Origin: Camelus ferus
Lineage: Eukaryota
Length of the DNA: 64,000 nt
Reading direction: 5' to 3'
Assembly: GCF_009834535.1 (NCBI RefSeq)
Contig: NC_045697.1
Coordinates: 56,546,001 to 56,610,000, forward strand
Below are positions 53,113 to 64,000 of the stretch, piece by piece (position 1 is the stretch's first letter; the number at the start of each line of letters is the position of its first letter). The position numbers and the translations under genes were made by a program. Under the pieces are notes generated by a model, which made no database searches, was not told where the DNA came from, and saw only the letters and a program-made list of their open reading frames with translations.

Positions 53113-54609
53113 TATTTTTGAGAAATACTTCATAGTAAAAGTTTCAGAGCGTGAAACTATTGAGATATTCACCTATTTGGTGACAGACACGATGCTGCAA
53201 ACTTATAACAAGTTCTACTCCAGAGTGAGTTGTACTGAAGTGGGGGTTTCAGCTTCTTACACGTTTCAATCTATAATCTCTGACTGAAATGAAAGTTTAC
53301 ATCATTATATTCTCTGAGACTGGTTATCTGCATTAATGTGTAAATGATACTAAATTGATAACTCTCACAAAAGACAGTTGTGATTTAAAATGAGACTAAA
53401 ATTAAAAATGGAACATATTAATGTTTGATAAAATATAAAGTAAAACCAGGTATCTACATTAAAATATAAATAATTATGAGAATAGGAACACTATAATGTA
53501 AAATTGTCTAAAACTCCTTTTTTTTTTTTTTTTTTTGGTCTAAATTCCTGGAAAGATAAATCAAGAACAACAGGTATGTTGAATGATTTTTCTACTACAG
53601 TTTATCTTATAAGGGCCTGTAGAAGCCAGTGCCCTTCACCAAACTAGCTTCTCTTGTTTTACTGTTCTCCTGAGAGGGCCTGTTCTTAGCCTCAGGTATT
53701 CAGGCTGTGAAGTTTAGTTACCTTTAAATGCTAATAGGCTGGGAATAATTTTGCATGACATCTGCTATAACAAGAGGTTCAATAAATTAATTTGTAGCCA
53801 TACATCTCACCCTTTGAAGGTTCTATTACATGTATGAAGTCAATCTCTAAATGTTTGTTTTGGCTTTTAACATGAGTTAGGATTTGATTGGATTTATACT
53901 TTGAGAAAAGAACCTCCAAACTATGGGGACTGATTTTAAAAATTCCCTGAAGCTTGCCTGCTTTTATCCTTTAAGATGAGTTGTTTTTTAAATTATTGTT
54001 ATTAATGAACTCACTGTCTTCTTAGAATAACTGTTTTTTATGTCAGAGAATGTATCATTTCTTTATTTATTCCCAAAGCCTAGTGATATATGTGCTGCAT
54101 AGAGTTAAGTGCTAAGTAAACCTTGAATAAATGGAAACTATCTATTTCTAAGAAAATGGACTTTTCTGCATGTTTTTCAGTTTTGCATTTGTTTGACTTA
54201 CTATGGGATATCTATGTAATTTGTTTATGTAATTTATGTATATGTGGATTTATGTAATATTTTCATGTGAAACAATTATATAAAATTCAATTACAATATA
54301 ATTTTATTTTATAGCTGGGAAGCTGAGTTATATAATTAAGTAGCTTGGAAATGTACACATATTTCAAATCTGTACTGCAGCTGGCCTTGATCTTCCCATT
54401 GAAAAAATAGAGTGAGAAAGATTGTTTCAAAGTTCTTTTCCAATTCTAAAATTTCATTACTCAAAGCACAGAATATCTGAAAAATTGTCCAGTTAAAAAG
54501 GACTCCAACTCAGTGCATTAAATGATAGCCTGTTTCTCTGTCTCTGTCTGTCTGTCTCTCTGCTTCTCTCTCTCTGTCTCTCTCTTTTCCTTTCTCTTTC
54601 CTTACATTA

Positions 54610-54825
54610 ATAGAAGAGACCAATTCAATCCCAGTTCTATTATTTACTTGTGGTGCTGTCTTAAGTAATTAAATCTCTCTGAGCCTATTCATCTTTAAAA
54701 TAAAGATACTTATAGTACCCATTTTATGGAGTTATTCTAAAAATTAAATTATACAACACTTTAAAGTACACAGTATAGTACTTGTCACTATGTAAGCAGG
54801 CCATAAATCTTACTATATTATTAAA
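54610..54825 (+). mobile_element. MIR SINE
   Basis: TTCAATCCCAGTTCT...AAATCTCTCTGAGCCT...ATCTTTAAAAT...ATTAAATT. Confidence 0.75.
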
Positions 54826-54864
54826 AACATTATATCCCTTCACCTTCTACTCTATTGTTACTTT

Positions 54865-55260
54865 TCACTCATTTGTTTATTCAACATTTTATTGAATTTC
54901 TCTTAATTCATGTATTTATTTAACAGAAATTTATCAAATTACTCTCAATTCATTTATTCATTCAACAAAATAATCCCTGCTATGTTCTAGGAAACTGGGA
55001 TAAAAAAAAAGCCAAAATACTTAGCATCATGGAGATTACATTTTGTTGAAGAGAATAAACAATAAACAAATACAAGAATAAGTTACATACATATATAGAA
55101 ATTATAGAAAAAAAGGAATAAGAGCAGAATAAAAGGAATCCAAATTCAGGAACGATGGAATATAACTTTAAAAAAATGGTCAGAATGGGACTGAGTGATA
55201 AGGTGACATTTGAGCAAAGCTTAAAGGAGATAAGTAGTAGGAATCTGTATAGGTCTATCA
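54865..55260 (-). mobile_element. L2 3' fragment
   Basis: ATTCATTCAACAAA, TATGTTCTAGG..ACTGGGA, GGTCAGAATGG...AGGTGACATTTGAGCAAAG. Confidence 0.8.
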
Positions 55261-56811
55261 TATATTCACCCATAATTTTGGACCAAATATTTTAATTTGG
55301 TAAAAATTATTTTCAAAGTACAATTAAACTGATAATGTGGTTCCATGTGAGGCTCACTTCCTCCAAGAAGAATTCTATGATCTTAAGTATGCTGGAGACC
55401 TTCCTATATGCTTCTGTGTGCACCGGATATACTGGATTTATTTTGATTCTCATTGCGATCATTTTAATAAAAAACTTATCATTGATTAGAAAACATTATT
55501 TATTAATTAGTAATCAATTGACAGTTGATACCTGGGCTTACACTGCTGACCCCAAACAGTGAAAGATAAAATTCAATCCAAATGTGGTTAGTGTTTGGAT
55601 TCTTTGTGTATCATATACTGTGAGACATTTATATTACACTGTAGGTAGTTAAATTATTTGAAATAAAGAGAAAATTCCATTAAACCTTATTATTCACTCA
55701 ATAATTTATTTGTTAATCTGCTGTTAACTTGTTAATCTGCTTCCTTTTGAATTATTTTCCCTTATATACTTGAGTGTCCCCTCTCTTTTCTAAGCCTTGA
55801 GGATACAATGGTGAACTGGTTTCAGAGGAAATCCTATAGACCTCCCTCATTCAAAGAGGAAGGCTTCCATCCACTTTCCAAAGGCTAATCCTGAAAATCT
55901 TTTCAAACTTAATTATTGAAGGAACGTAATTATCAGTGTAGGGGTTCAGGGTAACATATGTGATACCTCTTAGCTATAGAATGTAATATGAGGCAGATGA
56001 AAGAAAACAGCTTGACTAGTAATGTTAATAATATGAAGTCAGGAGAAAGGTCTTATTGACTTGTTCAGATTTCTAGGCAGTTCAGCAACTTCAGTATGTC
56101 TGCAGTTGCTCAAAGTGAACAAATGTCAAGTTCATTTGGCATGTGATGTGAACATAATCAATTGCAATTGTCTTAAGGGAACATAAAACATGAGAGCTTC
56201 CAGAGCTAGAAATATAAATGTAAACAGCCTCATGCTATTTTTTCCATAGATATCTAAATAGCATGAAAACATCTTTGTACATTCATTCTGCATGATAAAG
56301 GGTTAGATAGAGCCCTTAACAAATTAAATCCATTTGCAATGGACTAATTGCCTTCTTTTTGTCTTATTTTGATATTTGTATTGTATGGTTACATAATTTT
56401 CCTTAGTTTAAAATGGTACATAACTTATTTCTTAATCTTTTTAAACCCATAAAAAAGGTTAAATATTCATTATAGATACAGTTTCTAATTGACTTTTATT
56501 GGCAAATCAAAGTTAGAAGTTCCTGACTAAATACAATAAAATAATGTCCCTCACAGTTTAAAAATGAATGAATTAATAATGTTTTACAAGTATAATAGTA
56601 ATTAGGGGTTCTATATCAATCAAAAAGCATGTAACCCAATACATTTCTAACTATGTAGATATTTTTATGACAAAAATGAATATAAAAGTATTTATAATAA
56701 TTGAAAGGCACATGTATTTGCCAAAGAATGAAAAAAGATAGTGATTTTTATGATACTTTGGTGATTTTTCTTTTCTCATTTTCCCCAATTTTTCATAATA
56801 CTGTAAAACCA

Positions 56812-57045
56812 CAGTGGAGAAAGCATAGATTTTGCACACCAAAGGCCTGTGTTTAAAATCAACTCTGAGGGTAATTAAATGGATAATAGGTGGCAAGTTA
56901 TTTAGCCTATTATAGATTCAATTTTCTTTTCTGTAAAATGGAAGTTAAGAATACCTACCTCATAGGGTTGTTATGAAAATGAATGACACTAAAAATTGCT
57001 TCTGCTTAATTACTTCATACAATAGAATGGTGACTGAGTTAATAT
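56812..57045 (+). mobile_element. MIR SINE
   Basis: GGCAAGTTATTTA...TCTGTAAAATGG...ATACCTACCTCATAGGGTTGTTATGA. Confidence 0.85.
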
Positions 57046-57149
57046 GTTAAAAATTTATAAATAAAATTTAAATCACTTTTAAGTCAAACTTACTTTAAAG
57101 AATATCTCTAAGGCTGATAGTCAAGTACCATAGCTGCCTTGAAAAATTT

Positions 57150-57330
57150 GCTCTTTACAATAACTCTGTGAGCTATGTTTTATTATTTAACCTCATTTTA
57201 TAGATGAGAACAGTGAGTCTCTAAGGGGTCAAGCAACTTGCCAAAAGCAATCAACTAATAAGTGTCCAGAATTGACCTCTGAATCTGTCTCTCAGATATA
57301 TCTATTCATGCTCTTTCGATAAGTTTTACT
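57150..57330 (-). mobile_element. MIR SINE
   Basis: ACAATAACTCTGTGAG...CCTCATTTTATAGATGAGAACAGTGAG...AAGCAACTTGCC. Confidence 0.85.
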
Positions 57331-57553
57331 AAACTATACAGTAAAAACATTATTAGAAAAGGATTTAACAGAGGCAGAGCTCATGGGTAGCAGAACAAGA
57401 GGTCCTCAAATCTGTAAAATTCTGCTGACTCCATTGTCTCCATGACAGTATTTCTTACCTACATGATTGCTACTGGTTGTACTAGTATTTGTAGATAAAT
57501 TTTGCACCTTGTGTATTTCCAGGTTTGGTCTTTAGGTTTGGTTAGTGCCAAGA

Positions 57554-58069
57554 TGTTTGGTGGTCCCTAAGACACTGGCTGACTCACCATACTTCCATAG
57601 TTTCAGTCAGTAAAGAAGCAATGAACTCAAATGCAGTTAGACAGTTTATTACTCAAAGCACAGCAAGGAACATAAGCTTCACGTTTGCATCTGTTCCTCT
57701 TCTCCCCCAAGTCTCAGGGGGGCAATTCAGAGGTGGTCCCAATTGTGTCTGTGCATATGGTCTGTTTCATAACTGAATATCTCTGAGATAAGAAAATCTC
57801 TGGTCTTATCAAAGGATTGCCAATAAAACTGCCATCCTCCCCTTCAAAGAGAGATATTTTTATAAAGCTGGAATATAAGCAAGGAAGGCGGGGAGACATT
57901 CCTTATCTTTATTATTCTGGTTAGAAAACATATCTACCCTCTACCTTAGAAAGAGACTGTATCTCTAGCCTCCAAGGCTGTTCGCTGGGCAAACAACCTC
58001 GAAAAAATAATCCAGGATAAAAGTCATCACAGTACATGCAGAAACACCATGGAAAATTGCCCCACAACT
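57554..58069 (-). mobile_element. ERVL solo LTR (MER54/MER73/MER74 group)
   Basis: Minus strand GTTGTGGGGCAATTTTCCATGG...GCGAACAGCCTTGGAGGCTAGAGATA...ATAATAAAGATA; AATAAA near the far end. Confidence 0.8.
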
Positions 58070-58591
58070 GTTAGGCGTAGTAGGTGTTCTTGCCCAATTT
58101 GCCTCAACTTGGTTCTTGACAGTAATTTAAGCCATTTGAGAATTTGCCACACTCTGCACTGAACCTTTGGTCTAGCTAATCTTCGAAGACTCTGCTGAAG
58201 ATTTACCTCATTCCTGACTACATGGACCCCATGGGAAGCCCATTAACTAAACTCTTCTTGCGGCCTGGGAAAATAAAATTCTAGCTCTCTCCCTGCTCAA
58301 CCATATTGTATTTCTTGGTTGAGTTTGGCCTGGCCACTGCCCCAGGTTGGTGTAGGAGCAGCCTGTGAGGTAATCTCCTTATAGGATCTACATGGATATA
58401 TGAGAAAGAACACTTTACAGATTACCCTTAACCTACCTAACACATCTTACTCTCATAAAGCTGAGAGTCAGAACATAAGTGACTCCATGCTTCTGTCCCA
58501 TCTTTTCTCTGTAATGTACTAGGAACAGAAGTGTCAAGCTTTGTGTTTTAACTTTCAATCACCTTCATATGCCAAAATCATAACATGTATC

Positions 58592-58601
58592 ATCTATCTA
58601 C

Positions 58602-58648
<47 letters not shown>

Positions 58649-58730
58649 GTTACCTACCTATCTAGTGTATGTCTGTCTGTCCATTCATTTTCCATCCATC
58701 CATCCATCTACATATTCATCTAGCTATCTG
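58592..58730. repeat. Compound (TATC)n/(TCCA)n tetranucleotide repeat
   Basis: Pure TATC run ~58603-58648 with degenerate TACC/TGTC/TCCA extension. Confidence 0.95.
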
Positions 58731-60384
58731 TATATTACAAATACTATTATTTGAGTTATTCTGCCCTGACTGTTATTGTTTAAAGGAACTCAGAAAACTC
58801 TTGCTCTCTCTTGTTCTCACAAAACCTATCTTTCAACCATGTTACTTTGTAGCAAAATCGTATGTACAATGTCAGTATGTGAATATTAGTATTTTTTCAC
58901 TTTCATATTTCTGTGGTGATCTCCCATCATCTCAATCCCAGCCCCAAATCCTGTTCTGACTAGAAAAAAAAGTCACATTTAAGAAACTGCAAATGAGACA
59001 ATATGGCAATGTATCTCTAAATATTACCTCACTTCCAAATAATTATTTATTACATCTTAGTTTTCTAGGATTAAATTCAGGGCCACCATGGTTGGTTAAC
59101 AGTTCCATCTAACACTGATTAGTTTTTCCATTTTAACAGTCATAAGTTTGCATCTGTCCCAGCTCTTGTTTTCCAGAGAATAATTTTGTTTTCCCTCAGC
59201 ACTTGGGGTGCTGTTATATATGTTGGCACTATTGTTTTGACAGGGAAAAGTTAGATGCAGGTTTGGAAGGAATAACTTCCAGACAGAAGGCTAACAGGAA
59301 GACGACCCTTTTGAGTACATTATGGTCCTCTTCTATGGCATTTTCCTGCTCTCCATTCCTAGAACTATGAACATGAAAACAATGATGAAATTCTAAAAGC
59401 TACTCTACATTCTAAATGCTTCCCACATTTAACCATTTAACTCTTTTGTTATATATTGGTCATGACCATGCTCTTTAATTGTTAACGTTATATTTTTTAG
59501 TACACATTATGAAAATGAATCAGTTTGGTCACCGAATCACTCATTTATCTTCAGCTGCCTAACAGTCATTACTCTCCTCCCAGATGCTCAATTTTATATC
59601 CATTTTTATCTTCTGCATTCATTTTCTATATAATGAATACAGGCAATAATAATTTCAGACAATTAGCATCTCTTAGCAGCATCAAACAAATCACCCCACT
59701 GCAGTTGACATGTTACTATTGATTTCTATTTTCAAATATTCAGAAGAGATTCTTGAATATTCATATATCTTTGTTTTAACTTTGGCCAAAAAAATTTGGT
59801 GAAATATTGGCAAGAACTCTTGCCTAGAAATTTGGAGCTCTGATTTTTCCCTCTGTTCTGACAATGACTAAATATGAAGACTTGAGAAAATAACAAGTTC
59901 CATAAAACTGTTTTCTCATCCCTAAAGTGAGGAGGTTGAATTATACAGTCCTAAAACCCTCTTCTATTCTATTATTCCACGATTCTATTTATTATAATTA
60001 CTTATCCAAATAAAACTATAATTAAAAAAATATAATTGTGAACAAAGGCTTAAATAAAACTAAGGGCAATTCATTGGCCCATTAATTTATTCAATAAACA
60101 TCTACTGAACATGTCAAATATTAAATGCAGATATTCCTTCCTAAATATAGAATAGATTGAGTGACACATAGTTCCTGTCATGAAGAAGTATGAGTATATT
60201 TGTATGGTACAACTAGAGAGCATTTGTTTGGCACTAAACCGAAACTAAACTAATCACCAAATTAATTAAAAATTTTCTGAGTATGTTTTTAGCCAACAAA
60301 ACCAAAGCAAACAGTCTTCAAAGAATTAGTTTTGAATGGGCTAAGAATATTTTCACATTTTGTTTGGCTGACTAACACACTAAT

Positions 60385-60890
60385 TCAACAACTGTTTATT
60401 ATACTGTGTGACAAGTACTATATTAAATGTTGGTGCACAAAACAAAACAAAAAATCCTTGCCTATGCACTTGCTCTTCATGAGATCTTTTGTATGACTTG
60501 CCTCCTTACTTTATTCATCACTGGAGAATAAGCTCTCTGAAGACAGGAGGAAAGGGGTAACAAAGAAAAAAGTCAAGGATGATTCTTAGAATCTTTTGCC
60601 TGAGCAAACTGGTGATAATAATGCCAATTTCTGAAATGGTGAAGACTGGAGGATGCTCAGAGTTGCAGGGAGGAAATCAAGACTTCTCTTTTACATTTTA
60701 TGTTTGAGAAGTCAGTTATGTATAAAGGTGAACAAGTAGAATTAGCAGTTGAATTTATGTGTCTGAAAGTCTGGGAACCCATCGAGGCTGGCGATATGAA
60801 TTTGGGATTATTCAGCATATTGATAATATATAAAGTCATAAGACTTTAATGAAACCATCTGGAGAGTTAAAATTGACATAGGGAAACAGA
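60385..60890 (-). mobile_element. L2 fragments
   Basis: ATTCAAACAACTGTTTATT; GTCAAGGATGATTC...GCCTGAGCAA...GGCTGGCGATATGAATTTGGGA. Confidence 0.8.
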
Positions 60891-61639
60891 TTTTTGTTAT
60901 CCTATAAGGTGAGGCAGCACTGAAAGTGCTGCAAAATTATACAGATAACATATTTTAGGGGAAAATTAAATAATTTAGGAATCACACAATATTTAGGAAT
61001 AAAAAGGAAGACATTGGTAGGACCAGTGTTATGTTTTATTTACCTACTCATTTACATTTAAGTATTTACCAAGCACTTAGTTTCTTTCATATCATAGTTT
61101 CCTTTATTTTTTTGCCAATTACTCATGAAATACTTCTACATGATGATGAACAGTGTTTAGGATTTTTTTTCTCTTTTTTTCAATTAACGGGAATGAAAAG
61201 AGCTACTGGGAAATGAATTGTGTTTCACAGTGTAAGTTAGAAATATTATCTAACTTGTTACGTTGGAGAGAATACATGCTTCTATATCTGCACTACTGAA
61301 CTGTAGAGGAGGAAGAAAAATAACAGAAGTTAAGTTTCAGGTAATGTCTAGATATGCATCCATCTTCACTGAAAATAGTCACATTTTCCTACTGATAAGT
61401 AGGACCTGTGACTATGGGGACTTTGCATGAGTACTTCTACAGAATGACAGACTTGCAGGAATTTTTACAACTAATATTACACTTAGGCACCTAAGGTATT
61501 AAGAAATGTTTGATGCTGAAGTTCAAGTCATCTATTATGTTGGAGCATTGTCCTTTTCCTTACTAGATACTTTTATATTCAAATATATTTTATTATACCT
61601 TAAAAATGGCACAGAAGTCTATGTAGAGATTCTCAAAAT

Positions 61640-62150
61640 ATTTAACAACCAGAAAATGTAAATTAAGACTAAAAATCATTTTATAACTATTAGACTGGCA
61701 AAAGTTGAAAAATTGGATAATGCCAGATACATGCATTGGTCATGGGAATATAAATGATAGTCATTTTTAAGGAGGAGTGATAAATTATTTCAGAGATCCA
61801 CAAAGACACATATGCATACATATTCACTGCAGCTTAATTCAAGGGATCAGTGAGTTGGATGTAATGTGGGTGTTCATCACTGAGAGAGGAAGTAGGTAAA
61901 AATGTGGTGGATGCAAGCAGTAGATAAAATGATTAGAAGCAACAACCTAGATGTACACAAAGCAATAAGCATAGCCCTTAAAGCACAGTATTTAGTAGAA
62001 AAAAAAGGGAAGAAAGTAAGAAACAGAGATGTATAACATAATACAATTTATTTAGAAATATATGTACATAAAAATTTTGTAAAACACACAAATGCAGATT
62101 AAACACAGTTGTGTGGAGAGGGGGATGGAGGGAGAAAGAAGAGGATCCCT
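61640..62150 (+). mobile_element. Old L1 (L1ME-like) 3' region
   Basis: TATTAGACTGGCAAAAGTT, ATATTCACTGCAGC, TGTTCATCA, AGCAACAACCTAGATGTACA. Confidence 0.75.
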
Positions 62151-63434
62151 AAACAGAGAAAAGATAATAACCTTGCATAAACTGTGGTACAAAGTATTAA
62201 AAATACTTTTTTGTCAAAAATACTTAGATGCTATTTAAACACATGGGATTTGATGAAGTTCTAGAGGGAAGACTGCACAGATAGAAGACAGGAAGACTCC
62301 ACCCATACAATTCTGTAACACTGCAAGGATTTAGACGGAGGACAGACAACATGCAGCAAAGGAGACTGAAGAATGAATATGAAACTATCAGTAATACATA
62401 ATACTTACATAGTCTGTTTTGGTTAGAACAGTAGGAGTTCTTAAATAGCAGACTAAACCACAATGCTGAACAGTGGCAGAAAAGACTAGAGATCTCAGTG
62501 AATCCCAAGGAGAAACCACTTTTAAAGGCGCTCAAATGCCTTGAGGCTTTGAATGAAAGCTGAGCCCAGAGTCACTCAGCATCCTCTGAAGACAGTCAAC
62601 GCCTATTACAGCCTCATAGATATTACCAGATGCTAATATTGTTCATTCTTAGTTATCAAAGAAAGATAAAATTATGTTCAGTAAACTTTCTAATTTAAGT
62701 TATTACGTGTTCTTTCAAAAACAAAGGAGGATGACCTTCAGAATAGACCGGGGACTTCTAGTACCCACAACACAATACTCTACCGAAATCATGTTGGATA
62801 ATGAAGGTGCCATAATGAGTAATTACAGATTGCAATGATATGCTATGGTGAGAACATGACTTCTGTATGCATGGTGTAGATTTCTTCAATGTTCATAAAT
62901 CATCATTCAAGGTAATCTTGATAGCAGCCAGAAAAAATTAAAGGTGTTAGAAAAGTTATTCAACATATAATAGGATGGAATGAACCCATACATTTGTAAA
63001 TCAGCAGTATTTAAGCACAGCAATACAGGGGAATAGTTATAATTTATACTTAAACCTGAATAAGGATACTTTCAGAGATTAGTTTCTAATTTGTTTAGCA
63101 AGTAGTTTTGTTACATTTAAATTTAGGTTGTATTGATAAAAGGAGTGTGACGCTTTTAAAAGAAAGGTCGTATCATAAATGCAAGCTTAGCAGTATTAAA
63201 AAAAGAAGGTAGATCTGATTAATTGCAGGCTTCAGCTAGGGAAATAAATTAGTGAATGAATTAATAATCTTCTGATTGAGGAGAAAGAAGGGTGACCTAT
63301 AGAAAATGTGTGAGCACAACTAGACTCCAAGACAATGAGTACTAATTCTGATTCTTATTGATATAAAAACACTTTACAGAGAAGAGAAGGCATCATTGCT
63401 TTCAGGTTAGGATTTATATAAAATAGGAATTAAA

Positions 63435-63655
63435 AGATGCTTTGACTCTGGAGTCAAATTGCTTGGCTTTGAATCACACCCATGCAACTCACTGGAAATG
63501 TAACATTGCTGATTTACTTAAACTTGTATGCTTCCATTTTCTTTTCTGTGAATTCAGAGTATTAGCACATATCTTGTCAGGTTACTGTGAATACTAAAAT
63601 AACGACTCTGTGTGAAGCACACAGAACGATACCTGGCATGTAGCTATTATTATAA
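63435..63655 (+). mobile_element. MIR SINE
   Basis: GACTCTGGAGTCAAA..TGCTTGGCTTTGAATC...TTTTCTGTGAA...ACCTGGCATGTAG. Confidence 0.85.
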
Positions 63656-63783
63656 AATAAGTTATGACTTAAAAGTAAGTCAGATGAGGAACAATTTCTG
63701 CTGCTCCCATCATTGACATGTAGACTTAACTTTATCATTTGGATGCTTTACTTCACATTATCAGCAAAAAATCAGCTTTGTTC

Positions 63784-63786
<3 letters not shown>

Positions 63787-63854
<68 letters not shown>
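63787..63854. repeat. Compound (TG)n(TA)n microsatellite
   Basis: TG run followed directly by TA run. Confidence 0.98.
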
Positions 63855-64000
63855 AACTTAATTATAATCCTCTATCAGGATACCTGGAAAAATCAAGAGG
63901 ATTCTGAAAAATGAGACAGATTATAAAGGTGAAAAATCAACAACAAAAACAATGACTGGCTCCAGCACAGGCAAATGAAGTGAAAACCAGATAATCAGAA

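Noticed and set aside
1..64000. Novel multi-gene or prokaryote-like system
   Set aside because: No long ORFs, operon structure or arrays; content is consistent with ordinary mammalian non-coding DNA

Overview
AT-rich, CpG-depleted mammalian genomic DNA that looks intronic or intergenic. No intact protein-coding gene, RNA gene or CRISPR array is recognisable. A tRNA-Ala-derived SINE with target-site duplication at 19974-20116 resembles the camelid Vic-1 family and suggests a camel/alpaca/llama genome. Most recognisable sequence is interspersed repeat: MIR, L2, L3/CR1, old L1M, MaLR LTRs (MLT1), ERVL LTRs, several ERV1-like solo LTRs, hAT MITEs, and a ~2.9 kb decayed ERV-L gag-pol internal segment. 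The most notable items are: (i) a fold-back inversion with duplicated ends inside the ERV-L RNase H region; (ii) an L2 copy that keeps the rarely preserved endonuclease-coding 5' part; (iii) a well-bounded candidate 203-nt minus-strand exon, with weaker same-strand candidates, hinting at a large host transcript; (iv) a 135-bp tandem duplication. Repeat family names come from recalled consensus similarity, not from a database search. I found no evidence for a novel multi-gene system.
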